A DNA stretch of 64,000 bases from NCBI GenBank assembly GCA_964637575.1, contig CAZWVU010000002.1, positions 82,824 through 146,823 on the forward strand, read 5' to 3'. The notes below the pieces were generated by a model. It was not told the origin of the DNA and searched no databases. It worked only from the letters and a program-made list of their open reading frames with translations. This DNA is from an uncultured Candidatus Saccharibacteria bacterium (GTDB taxonomy: Bacteria > Patescibacteriota > Minisyncoccia > UBA6257 > WO2-44-18). Position 1 is the stretch's first letter, and every line of letters begins with the position of its first letter. The position numbers and the translations under genes were made by a program. Below are positions 9,508 through 17,838 of this stretch, in pieces.

Positions 9508-9530
9508 CTAATCTGCTATACTATCCATAT

Positions 9531-9788
9531 ATGGATCCATTTCATTACTACATTAATACGTGGGGCGGGCATTGGCCGATACTGATGGGAGCCGGCGTGG
9601 CGATCGGGTTGCTGGGGCTAATCTGGGTGCTGTACTGGAAAGCGATGTCGCTCTGGCACGCGGTGAAAAACGGCGAGAAGGCCTGGTTTGTGGCACTTCT
9701 CATTATTAATACCTTCGGCATCCTGGAAATTCTCTATTTGTACTTCTTCTCAAAGAATAAACAGAAAGGCTGGCCGAAATTGGAGTAG
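9531..9788 (+). CDS. Small two-TM membrane protein (DUF5652-like)
   Basis: 85 aa with two hydrophobic helices. The C-terminus is SKNKQKGWPKLE. Confidence 0.45.
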   Translation: MDPFHYYINTWGGHWPILMGAGVAIGLLGLIWVLYWKAMSLWHAVKNGEKAWFVALLIINTFGILEILYLYFFSKNKQKGWPKLE

Positions 9789-9810
9789 TCCCCGGCGCTT
9801 CTGCGGCAAT

Positions 9811-9839
9811 TTGAAATTTCAAATTTTAAATTTAAAATT
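9811..9839 (+). promoter_or_regulatory. Palindromic promoter/operator: TTGAAA-N17-TAAAAT, with -10 ending 5 nt before the ATG (leaderless-type)
   Basis: A perfect 12-mer palindrome TTGAAATTTCAA and an 18-mer palindrome AATTTTAAATTTAAAATT lie immediately upstream of the HMBD-MauE gene. Confidence 0.45.
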
Positions 9840-9844
9840 GAATT

Positions 9845-10462
9845 ATGTATATCTGCCCGATGCATTCGGAGGTTGTCAGCGACCAGCCGGGCCGCTGTCC
9901 GAAATGCGGCATGCGTTTGGTCCTCCGCGAGAACGCCTCACCTGTCCCGCCTATAGCAGATAAAGGACTCGGAACTCTCACCTGGAAAAATTATCTGCCG
10001 CTGATCCTGATCGTCGGATGTATTCTGGCCGCGACCGCGATATTCTCATGGAGCGATCATCAGTCCGGCTCTTTTTCCATTTTCAAATCAATCGGTTACT
10101 TTATGACCGGATTTTTTCTGGTGTTCTCGTTGTTTAAATTGCTGGACATCAAAGGATTCGCGGAAGGATACTCAACCTATGATCTTCTGGCGCAGAAATG
10201 GTTCGGCTATGGGTATGTCTATCCGTTCGTGGAGCTCGGTTTCGGCCTGGCAATGCTCACCGGAATTCGCACTGCGCCATTTTTACTTGCGGAAATCGCA
10301 GTGATGGCCTTCAGTGGCTTGGGCGTATTAATAAAAATTTTACGGCGTGAGCCGGTGAAATGCGTCTGCCTCGGCACGGTTTTGAAAGTCCCGCTTACCA
10401 CCGTCACCCTCGTTGAAGATTTCGGCATGGCCGCACTCGGCCTTTTACTGCTACTCTTTTAA
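9845..10462 (+). CDS. Heavy-metal-binding domain (YxCPMH ... CPxCGM) fused to MauE/DoxX-family membrane domain
   Basis: N-terminal YICPMHSEVVSDQPGRCPKCGMRL matches the HMBD found on CusB/CopA-type proteins. It is followed by 4 TM helices of DoxX/MauE type. Confidence 0.65.
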   Translation: MYICPMHSEVVSDQPGRCPKCGMRLVLRENASPVPPIADKGLGTLTWKNYLPLILIVGCILAATAIFSWSDHQSGSFSIFKSIGYFMTGFFLVFSLFKLLDIKGFAEGYSTYDLLAQKWFGYGYVYPFVELGFGLAMLTGIRTAPFLLAEIAVMAFSGLGVLIKILRREPVKCVCLGTVLKVPLTTVTLVEDFGMAALGLLLLLF

Positions 10463-10469
10463 AATAACT

Positions 10470-10539
10470 GCGAAGTCTTCTGTTCTTCCCGCAGACAGGA
10501 TTGTAGCCCGACGTCCTGTCGAGGAGAAGAACAGAAGAC
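10470..10539 (+). repeat. Hairpin repeat element copy A: conserved 37-nt core CCGCAGACAGGATTGTAGCCCGACGTCCTGTCGAGGA inside a 14-bp outer stem
   Basis: Identical over 70 nt to the inverted copy at 11950-12019. The same core also occurs at 55537-55601 with different but self-complementary outer stems. Confidence 0.8.
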
Positions 10540-10599
10540 GAGCCACCTTGTTGACCGAACCCTATCTTTTGTGGCGTAACTGTGCTACAGTAGGCGCAC

Positions 10600-11934
10600 A
10601 TGAATAAAGAGGAATCGCAGAACGTCAGTTTTACCTCTCTTGGTATCGCTCCGGCGCTCTTAGAAACATTAACCCGCCTCAAATACGTCACCCCTACGCC
10701 GATTCAGGCGCAGGCAATTCCGGTTGCCGTAACCGGAAAAGATGTGGTCGGGATCGCCCAAACCGGCACCGGCAAGACGCTCGCCTTCGGTATTCCGATG
10801 ATCCAGCGCCTCTCCCAGATCAAGGGAAAAGGCCTGATCGTGTTGCCTACCCGCGAACTCGCCGACCAGGTGGAGGAAACAATCAAAAAGATCGGCAACA
10901 ACCACGTCCGCACCGCGCTTCTGATCGGCGGCGCTTCGATGTTTGCCCAGAAGCAGGCTATTATGCGCGATCCGCATATCGTCATCGCCACCCCGGGCCG
11001 CCTCATCGATCATATGGAACAGCGCAATATCAGCCTTGGTAAAGTGGAGATTCTGGTGCTTGATGAAGCCGACCGTATGTTTGACATGGGATTCGCCCCG
11101 CAACTCCGCAAGATCATGGACGCCATTCCGAAAGAACGCCAGACCATGCTTTTCTCCGCGACGATGCCGCCGGAGATCATGAAGATTGCGAGCGGCCACA
11201 TGAAACTCCCCGTCCGCGTGGAAGTCGCCCCCGCCGGCACGACTGCCGACCGCGTCACCCAGGAAATTTTCATGGTGCGCAAGGAGGAGAAGAACCGCCT
11301 CGTCGAAAAATTACTCACCCAATATCCGGTGACCACGCTGATCTTTACCCGCACGAAATTCGGCGCGAAGCGCCTGGCCCGCACCATCCGCGATATGGGA
11401 TCCACCGCCGCCGAACTCCACTCCGACCGTTCGCTCGGCCAGCGCCGCGAAGCGCTGGATGGTTTCAAGACCGGCAAGTATCGCGTCCTTGTCGCGACCG
11501 ATATCGCCGCGCGCGGCATCGACGTTACCGGCATCGGCCTCGTCCTTAACTATGATCTTCCGATGAACACCTCCGACTACGTGCACCGCATCGGCCGCAC
11601 GGCCCGCGCCGGCGCCGGAGGCCATGCCATTTCCTTTGTGGCGCCCGAACAGCGCGGCGAAGTGCGCGAGATCGAACGCCTCATCAAGAAGAGTCTGCCG
11701 CTTTCCAAGATGCCTACGGATCTTCCGCCTGCCCGCGTACAGGAGCGTCCCCAGTATTTTGAAGAAGAACGCCCCCGTTTCGGCCGCGGACGCCGTCCAG
11801 GTTTTGGTTCCCGTCCGTCCCGTCCCGGTTTCGGATCGCGCCCTTCATTTGGCAGCCGTCCGCATGGCCCGCGTCCCGCCGGATCTTCCGATGGCCGCTC
11901 CTCATTCCCCCGCCGGCGTTTCCGCCGCGGCTAA
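10600..11934 (+). CDS. DEAD-box ATP-dependent RNA helicase with C-terminal RG/RGG-rich tail
   Basis: Q-motif region, AQTGTGKT (motif I), PTRELA, DEAD, SAT and HRIGRTARAG are all present. The C-terminal 80 aa are rich in RGRRPGFGSRPSRPGFGSRP. Confidence 0.95.
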   Translation: MNKEESQNVSFTSLGIAPALLETLTRLKYVTPTPIQAQAIPVAVTGKDVVGIAQTGTGKTLAFGIPMIQRLSQIKGKGLIVLPTRELADQVEETIKKIGNNHVRTALLIGGASMFAQKQAIMRDPHIVIATPGRLIDHMEQRNISLGKVEILVLDEADRMFDMGFAPQLRKIMDAIPKERQTMLFSATMPPEIMKIASGHMKLPVRVEVAPAGTTADRVTQEIFMVRKEEKNRLVEKLLTQYPVTTLIFTRTKFGAKRLARTIRDMGSTAAELHSDRSLGQRREALDGFKTGKYRVLVATDIAARGIDVTGIGLVLNYDLPMNTSDYVHRIGRTARAGAGGHAISFVAPEQRGEVREIERLIKKSLPLSKMPTDLPPARVQERPQYFEEERPRFGRGRRPGFGSRPSRPGFGSRPSFGSRPHGPRPAGSSDGRSSFPRRRFRRG

Positions 11935-11949
11935 GGACTGGCTTGTCTT

Positions 11950-12019
11950 GTCTTCTGTTCTTCTCCTCGACAGGACGTCGGGCTACAATCCTGTCTGCGG
12001 GAAGAACAGAAGACTTCGC
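11950..12019 (-). repeat. Hairpin repeat element copy B (inverted orientation), immediately 3' of the helicase stop
   Basis: Reverse complement is identical to copy A over 70 nt. It is followed by TTCGCTTTTATTTT, so it may act as the helicase terminator. Confidence 0.8.
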
Positions 12020-12053
12020 TTTTATTTTAAAAAAAATGATATAGTATGAACGC

Positions 12054-12461
12054 ATGGCAAAATCATTCGCATCATTTGTAATAATAATTCTGGTCATCAT
12101 CGCGGCCGCGGTGTTCATTACGACGGGAAGCCGGACCACCGTCCCCGCCCCGCTGAAAACCGCTGACGTCAGCTCGGCGACCGGACAGGTTAAGGAATTC
12201 ACCGTCGTCGGCCAGAATTATTCCTTCACCCCATCCACCATCACCGTCAATAAAGGCGACCATGTGAAAATCACGTTCAAGAACGTGGACGGGTTCCACG
12301 ACTTCCGCATTGATGAATTCCAGGCGGCTACCCGCCGCATCTCCGCGGGACAGGAAGACGCCGTTGAATTCACCGCTGACAAAACCGGGACGTTTGAATA
12401 CTACTGTTCGGTCGGCGGCCACCGCATGATGGGCATGCGCGGTTCGCTGATTGTCCAATAA
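12054..12461 (+). CDS. Membrane-anchored cupredoxin (type-1 blue copper protein)
   Basis: N-terminal TM, then a cupredoxin fold carrying the Cu ligand set: His (GFHDF), Cys (YYCSVGGH), His and Met (MMGM). Confidence 0.75.
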   Translation: MAKSFASFVIIILVIIAAAVFITTGSRTTVPAPLKTADVSSATGQVKEFTVVGQNYSFTPSTITVNKGDHVKITFKNVDGFHDFRIDEFQAATRRISAGQEDAVEFTADKTGTFEYYCSVGGHRMMGMRGSLIVQ

Positions 12462-12469
12462 TCTCATGT

Positions 12470-12940
12470 ATGAAAATTAGAGTCGGCGCGCCTGCTCCCG
12501 ATTTCACCCTCGTTGACCAGCGCGGGAAATCGCATACGCTTTCTGATTATAAAGGCGGCTGGGTATTGGTATATTTTTATCCGAAAGATGATACACCGGG
12601 TTGTACGAAAGAAGCCTGCGCTATCCGTGACAATTTCCCCGCGTTCAAAAAAATGAAGGCGCTGGTGTTCGGCATCAGCGCCGACTCCGAAAAGAGCCAC
12701 GCGAAATTCATTGAAAAATACGATCTGCCATTCACGCTCCTTTCCGATCCGGATAAAAAAGTTTTAAAGGCATACGGCGTCTGGGCCAAAAAGAAATTTA
12801 TGGGACGGGAATATATGGGCATCCTCCGGACTTCTTTTCTGATCCATCCTTCCGGCACAATCGCAAAAATATACGAAAAAGTAGCGCCGGAAACCCACGC
12901 CGGCGAAGTGCTGGCGGACCTGAAAGAACTTCGCCGCTAA
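12470..12940 (+). CDS. bcp: Thiol peroxidase Bcp (peroxiredoxin Q type)
   Basis: FYPKDDTPGCTKEACAIRD holds the peroxidatic and resolving Cys in the Bcp arrangement; 156 aa. Confidence 0.9.
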   Translation: MKIRVGAPAPDFTLVDQRGKSHTLSDYKGGWVLVYFYPKDDTPGCTKEACAIRDNFPAFKKMKALVFGISADSEKSHAKFIEKYDLPFTLLSDPDKKVLKAYGVWAKKKFMGREYMGILRTSFLIHPSGTIAKIYEKVAPETHAGEVLADLKELRR

Positions 12941-13467
12941 ACCTTCAGGCTGGCGGCCACCTTCGCAAAGTCCTGCCGGATTCCGTCATCGGGTGAGCGG
13001 TAGGTGGCGTAAAGATACATAATATTGTCGCCGTTCGCGAACACCACCTCGTCCGCCTGATATGCTCCGGACCAGTGATAGGCGTATGCCGGAAGATCCG
13101 CGGTGGTGGTGGCCTGATAGGCGCCAGCGGCGAGTTTAAAATTCGAATAATAATTAGTCTGAATCCATTCGGAAACCGGCTCCTGCTCGGGATTTTGATA
13201 TACGCCGATAATAATTGCCGGCGGATCTTCCCCGGCATATCCGGGTTTCCAGCCGGCATCGATGAGCGAGATCTGGTAATGATAACGGTGCGATTTCTCC
13301 ACCACCCGCTCTTCGATGCGGTAATGCGAGGGATATTTGAATGAAAACCCGAGCGCGCTGCTTGTATACACGCTCATGGTATCCGTGGATTTCAGGGAAA
13401 GCGTGTAGCCAAAATAACAAAGCAATAAACCCGATGCGACGCCTCCGATCGTCCACACTCCCCTCAT
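12937..13467 (-). CDS. Secreted hypothetical protein
   Basis: N-terminal signal/TM segment and no recognisable motifs. Confidence 0.4.
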   Translation of the reverse strand: MRGVWTIGGVASGLLLCYFGYTLSLKSTDTMSVYTSSALGFSFKYPSHYRIEERVVEKSHRYHYQISLIDAGWKPGYAGEDPPAIIIGVYQNPEQEPVSEWIQTNYYSNFKLAAGAYQATTTADLPAYAYHWSGAYQADEVVFANGDNIMYLYATYRSPDDGIRQDFAKVAASLKV

Positions 13468-13484
13468 ACTTTCATTGTACCGCT

Positions 13485-15008
13485 TTATAACGCGCCTAAA
13501 TCAAGGGTATTTTCGATATTGATCTGCGCTACGAATTCCGGCGAGTGGCTCACCAGAATCATCGCACCTTCATAACGGGACAGGGCGCGGGCAACCACCG
13601 GAAGGTGGCGGAAATTGATATGATTGGTCGGCTCATCAAGAATCAGAAGCCCGGGACGCTGGAGGACGAAACGGGCGAACATCAGCAGTCCTTTCTGCCC
13701 TTCGGACAGAGAACCGACTTTGTTGCGCAGAATATCGCTGTCGAGCAGGAAATTGGCCGCGGTGCTACGGAGCGTTTCCTCACCCCCCGACTCCATCACG
13801 CCCGCAAGTGTTTCATACACGCTCGTATTGAAATCCAGCGCCGAAAAATCCTGCTTGTAATAACCGATTTTCACGCCTTCGGCAATTTTGGCACCCTTGG
13901 CTTTCCCGGCCGCGAGTGCTTCAAGAAACGTGCTTTTGCCGATGCCGTTCGGGCCGGTGACCAGCAGCCGATCCTTGCGCTTCAATATAATATTTACTTT
14001 TTTAGAGGCCGGCTTGCCATTCTTCAAAGCGGAGATAGAGGTAATTTCAAGAATTTTCCAATCGGGAAGCTCCGAACCTTCGAACGTCTGTACCGGGATC
14101 ATGAAGTCGCCGATGGTTTTATCTTCCTGCCGCAAATCCACCATCTGGGCTTCCAGTTCCTCTATCGCCTCTCTCATTTTCCTGGCGACATCGCGCATCT
14201 TGCCGCCTTTTTGCGCGAAGAAATTCATCTGCTCCTTGCGGTTGGAAATATCCCGCTCCAACATGACGTTTTTCTTCCGCTCCCGCTCAATCCGAAGCGT
14301 AATTTCTTCCACCACTTTCAGATAGTCGCCGACATACTGCTCGACGTTTCTGGTAAAGCTGTCCAGGTAGAGCACGCCATGCGTGAAGGAGTTGAGAAAA
14401 TGGGCGTCGTGGGAAATGACGATGCAGGTCTTCTTGTAATCGATCAGGAACTGGGTCAGGTGTTCGATGCCAGTTTTGTCGAGATTGTTGGTCGGCTCGT
14501 CCAGCAAAAGAATGTCCGGATTCTGGATCAGCGCGAACGCCAGCAAAAGACGCGCCTGCTGTCCGCCGGAAAACTGGCGGAGCTTTTTTTCCAGATCGGC
14601 ATCGAGATTCACCACGGTGAGAATTTTCTTCACTTTCGGCTCAAGATCATACACCTTCTGCGGAAATGCCCGCTGGAAATATTCCCGCACCGTGTCATCC
14701 ATCCATTCGGGCGGAATCACCTGCTTGGCGATGGCCACCGTCACGTCTTGGCGGATATTGATGGCGCCCTCTTCCGGCTGAAGCTCGCCGGTGATCATTT
14801 TGAAAATCGTGCTTTTCCCCGCGCCATTCTGGCCCATCAGCGTAATTTTCGCCCGCTCGCGCACGCTGAATTCCGCCTCCCGCAGAAGCGGCTTGGAAGA
14901 CGTGTAGCCGAAGGTCACTTTGTTGAAACGCAATACCACGTCGCCGTGATCGTATTTTTTCTGCTGTGACGGGGCCTTCTGTTCCTTTTTTTGCTTCTCC
15001 TGGGCCAT
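13485..15008 (-). CDS. ABC-F family ATPase (tandem ABC domains, ribosome-associated type)
   Basis: Two complete ABC cassettes are present: GQNGAGKST/LSGGQQARL/LLLDEPTNNLD and GPNGIGKSTFL/LSEGQKGLL/ILDEPTNHI. There are no TM domains, and a charged inter-domain linker separates the cassettes. Confidence 0.9.
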   Translation of the reverse strand: MAQEKQKKEQKAPSQQKKYDHGDVVLRFNKVTFGYTSSKPLLREAEFSVRERAKITLMGQNGAGKSTIFKMITGELQPEEGAINIRQDVTVAIAKQVIPPEWMDDTVREYFQRAFPQKVYDLEPKVKKILTVVNLDADLEKKLRQFSGGQQARLLLAFALIQNPDILLLDEPTNNLDKTGIEHLTQFLIDYKKTCIVISHDAHFLNSFTHGVLYLDSFTRNVEQYVGDYLKVVEEITLRIERERKKNVMLERDISNRKEQMNFFAQKGGKMRDVARKMREAIEELEAQMVDLRQEDKTIGDFMIPVQTFEGSELPDWKILEITSISALKNGKPASKKVNIILKRKDRLLVTGPNGIGKSTFLEALAAGKAKGAKIAEGVKIGYYKQDFSALDFNTSVYETLAGVMESGGEETLRSTAANFLLDSDILRNKVGSLSEGQKGLLMFARFVLQRPGLLILDEPTNHINFRHLPVVARALSRYEGAMILVSHSPEFVAQINIENTLDLGAL

Positions 15009-15093
15009 ATTCGTAAGAACTAAACAATAACAATTTCACCGGATTTGGTCAAAGATTAGCGCGCGAGCCGGCTCCTCCGCTATAATCATATGT

Positions 15094-15600
15094 ATGATTT
15101 TGGTAACACACGGCGTTATTGGCGCCGCTCTGGGCCGGCTTTTTCCGCGCTATCCTTTTCTCGCGTTTCTGGCCGGTTTCGTAAGCCACTTCCTCGCAGA
15201 CGCCATTCCCCACTGGCACTATAAACTTTTTTCCCACACCCGCCATCCGGACGATCCGATACAGAACGACATGGTGATCGGCAAAAAATTCCTTATCGAT
15301 CTCATGGATATCGGTCTTGATGGCACGGCTGGACTCGCCCTGCCGATCCTGCTCTTCCAGGGGTGGGCGGGATTTTCCCATCCGGACTGGTCGGTGCTTG
15401 CCGGCGCGTTCGGCGGTCTTCTTCCAGATTTTTTTCATTTTGTCTATATGAAAATCCGAAGAGAGCCTTTTTACAGTTTTCAGCGTTTCCACGTCTGGAT
15501 GCATTCCAAAACCGATATCGACAAAAAACCCCTTATCGGTATCGGGAGCCAGCTCCTGATTATTGTCGCGGCAGCCCTACTTTCGCGCGTGCTTCTTTAG
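15094..15600 (+). CDS. Membrane-bound metal-dependent hydrolase family protein (YdjM/DUF457-like)
   Basis: Small polytopic protein with His clusters (VTHGV, SHFLADAIPHWHY) typical of DUF457. Confidence 0.45.
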   Translation: MILVTHGVIGAALGRLFPRYPFLAFLAGFVSHFLADAIPHWHYKLFSHTRHPDDPIQNDMVIGKKFLIDLMDIGLDGTAGLALPILLFQGWAGFSHPDWSVLAGAFGGLLPDFFHFVYMKIRREPFYSFQRFHVWMHSKTDIDKKPLIGIGSQLLIIVAAALLSRVLL

Positions 15601-16251
15601 GCCTTCAACCTCTTTCCCGGTAAGCGGGCGGGATTCCGCCTCTTTTAATGAGCCGAGTTTTACATTTCCGATCCGCACCCGTTTCAGATTCACCACTGTC
15701 AAACGCACCGCGTCACACATCCGGCGGATCTGATGCTTGCGTCCTTCTTTGATGATCAACGAGAAGGAATGCCCGCTCAGCTTTTCGGCCTTGGCCGGCA
15801 TAGTCATGCCATCCTCCAAAACGATTCCCTCCTCCATCCGGCGGAGTTTCCCGGGCGGTACATCCTCCTGTGTCGTCACTTCATATTCTTTTTCCACAAG
15901 ATGCTCATCGCCGGTGACGGCTTTAGTAACAAGCCCGTCATTGGAAACAAGGATCAATCCCTCGCTTTCCTTATCCAGACGGCCGACGGCATTCAGACCG
16001 CTGAACTGCGGCGAAAAATGCGGAATCTCTTCCGTGGTCATGCCGCGCGGTTTGTTGAACGCCAGCGTTTTCTTTCCGGCGGCCGGGCCTCCGGGCTTGA
16101 TCACCTCCACCCGGTCTTTTTCCGGGTCTATCTGAACCCCCATCTCCGTCACTGTCTTCCCGTTCAGCTTGATCCAGCCGTGCGCAATATAGGCCTCCGC
16201 CTCGCGGCGCGAGCAAATTCCCTCCTGGGATAGATATTTTTGGATGCGCAT
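15577..16251 (-). CDS. rRNA pseudouridine synthase, RsuA/RluB family (S4 domain + catalytic domain)
   Basis: S4 RNA-binding N-terminus (RIQKYLSQEGICSRREAEAYI) and the catalytic Asp motif GRLDKESEGLIL. Confidence 0.9.
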   Translation of the reverse strand: MRIQKYLSQEGICSRREAEAYIAHGWIKLNGKTVTEMGVQIDPEKDRVEVIKPGGPAAGKKTLAFNKPRGMTTEEIPHFSPQFSGLNAVGRLDKESEGLILVSNDGLVTKAVTGDEHLVEKEYEVTTQEDVPPGKLRRMEEGIVLEDGMTMPAKAEKLSGHSFSLIIKEGRKHQIRRMCDAVRLTVVNLKRVRIGNVKLGSLKEAESRPLTGKEVEGLKKHARK

Positions 16252-17076
16252 TGTAAAATAAATCTACCATACATGGAAAACATTATCGAAGTTAAAAATC
16301 TGGTAAAACAATTCGGCACGTTGACCGCGGTCAACGATGTTTCTTTTAATGTTCCCAAGGGTGAGATTTTCGCGTTCCTCGGGCCCAACGGCGCCGGCAA
16401 AACCACCACAATTAAAATACTGACCACGCTCCTCCATCCGACCTCGGGAACGCTTTCGCTCAATGGCCATAATCCGGTTACCGAAAAAGACGCGGTACGG
16501 CGTTCGTTCGGTATTGTCTTTCAGGACCCCAGTCTGGACGATGAGCTGACCGCCCAGGAAAACATGGAATTCCACGGCGTGCTGTACGGCGTGCCGAAAG
16601 AACTCCGGCACGAACGGATCAAACAACTTCTGGACATCGTCGAGCTGTGGGATCGCCGCAACGATCTGGTGAAAGGTTTCTCCGGCGGCATGCGCCGGCG
16701 CCTGGAAATCGCCCGGGGCTTGCTCCATCACCCGAAAATTCTCTTCCTCGACGAACCTACCCTCGGCCTCGATCCGCAGACCCGCAACCATATCTGGGAT
16801 TACATCAAAAATCTCAATGCCACCGAAGGCATTACCGTATTCTTTACCACGCATTATATGGAAGAAGCCGATCGCAGCGCCCGGCAGATTGCCATTATCG
16901 ATCACGGGCAGATTGTCGCCACCGGATCCCCCGCCGAGCTCAAACAAAAAGCGGGCGTCCAGAATCTGGAAGACGCGTTTATCAAGCTTACCGGCAAAAA
17001 AATCCGCGAGGAGGATTCAAGCGGGATGGATTCGATGAGAATGCACCGCCAGATGTGGCGCGGAAAAAATAAATAA
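16240..17076 (+). CDS. ABC transporter ATP-binding protein (ABC-2 exporter type)
   Basis: Walker A GPNGAGKTT, signature FSGGMRRRLEIA and Walker B LFLDEPTLGLD. Confidence 0.9.
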   Translation: MDAHCKINLPYMENIIEVKNLVKQFGTLTAVNDVSFNVPKGEIFAFLGPNGAGKTTTIKILTTLLHPTSGTLSLNGHNPVTEKDAVRRSFGIVFQDPSLDDELTAQENMEFHGVLYGVPKELRHERIKQLLDIVELWDRRNDLVKGFSGGMRRRLEIARGLLHHPKILFLDEPTLGLDPQTRNHIWDYIKNLNATEGITVFFTTHYMEEADRSARQIAIIDHGQIVATGSPAELKQKAGVQNLEDAFIKLTGKKIREEDSSGMDSMRMHRQMWRGKNK

Positions 17077-17091
17077 TCTATCTAAAAAAAC

Positions 17092-17838
17092 ATGAACGCA
17101 ATTTATATTCTTTGGCTCCGTCAATTAAAAAGATATTTCCGCTCCAAGGCGCGCATGATCGGCTCGCTTGGCCAGCCGGTTCTTTTCCTGGTGGCGCTGG
17201 GCTTCGGTTTCGGCCCGACGTACGCGAAAGCGGGCGGCGGCAACTATCTTCAGTTCCTGGCGCCGGGGATCATCGCCATGGGCGTGCTCTTCACCGCCAT
17301 CTTTTCCGGCATTGAAATCATCTGGGACCGTCAATTCGGATTCCTAAAAGAAACGCTGGTAGCACCGGTCTCCCGCCTTTCGATTATGATCGGCCGCACG
17401 CTCGGCGGCGCCACCATCGCCTTATTCCAGGGACTGGCCGTGCTCCTTATTTCACTTGTCTTCGGCTACCGGCCGGAAAGTCTAGCGGCGCTTCCGCTGG
17501 CAATTGTCTTTATGCTGCTCATCGCCGTGCTCTTTACGTCGCTCGGCACTGCCATCGCGGCGCTCCTGGACGACATGCAAGGTTTCCAGCTCATCATGAA
17601 TTTCGTGGTTATGCCGACGTTTTTCCTTTCCGGCGCGCTCTTCCCGTTTTCAGGTTTACCGCCGGTACTTGCCCTGCTGACCCGTCTTGATCCGCTGTCT
17701 TACGGCGTGGACGGCCTGCGCGGCACTCTTTCCGCCGTAGTTCACTTTGGCCTGACCTCGGATATTCTCATTCTCGGCGCCGCCGCCGGCGCGCTGCTCG
17801 CAGTTGGCGCGTACCTCTTCTCTAAAATTGAAGTATAG
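17092..17838 (+). CDS. ABC-2 family transporter permease
   Basis: Six predicted TM helices, located immediately downstream of the ABC ATPase. Confidence 0.8.
   Translation: MNAIYILWLRQLKRYFRSKARMIGSLGQPVLFLVALGFGFGPTYAKAGGGNYLQFLAPGIIAMGVLFTAIFSGIEIIWDRQFGFLKETLVAPVSRLSIMIGRTLGGATIALFQGLAVLLISLVFGYRPESLAALPLAIVFMLLIAVLFTSLGTAIAALLDDMQGFQLIMNFVVMPTFFLSGALFPFSGLPPVLALLTRLDPLSYGVDGLRGTLSAVVHFGLTSDILILGAAAGALLAVGAYLFSKIEV

Noticed and set aside
13545-14969. 474-aa plus-strand ORF
   Set aside because: Entirely antisense to the ABC-F ATPase gene, which has two complete Walker/signature sets.
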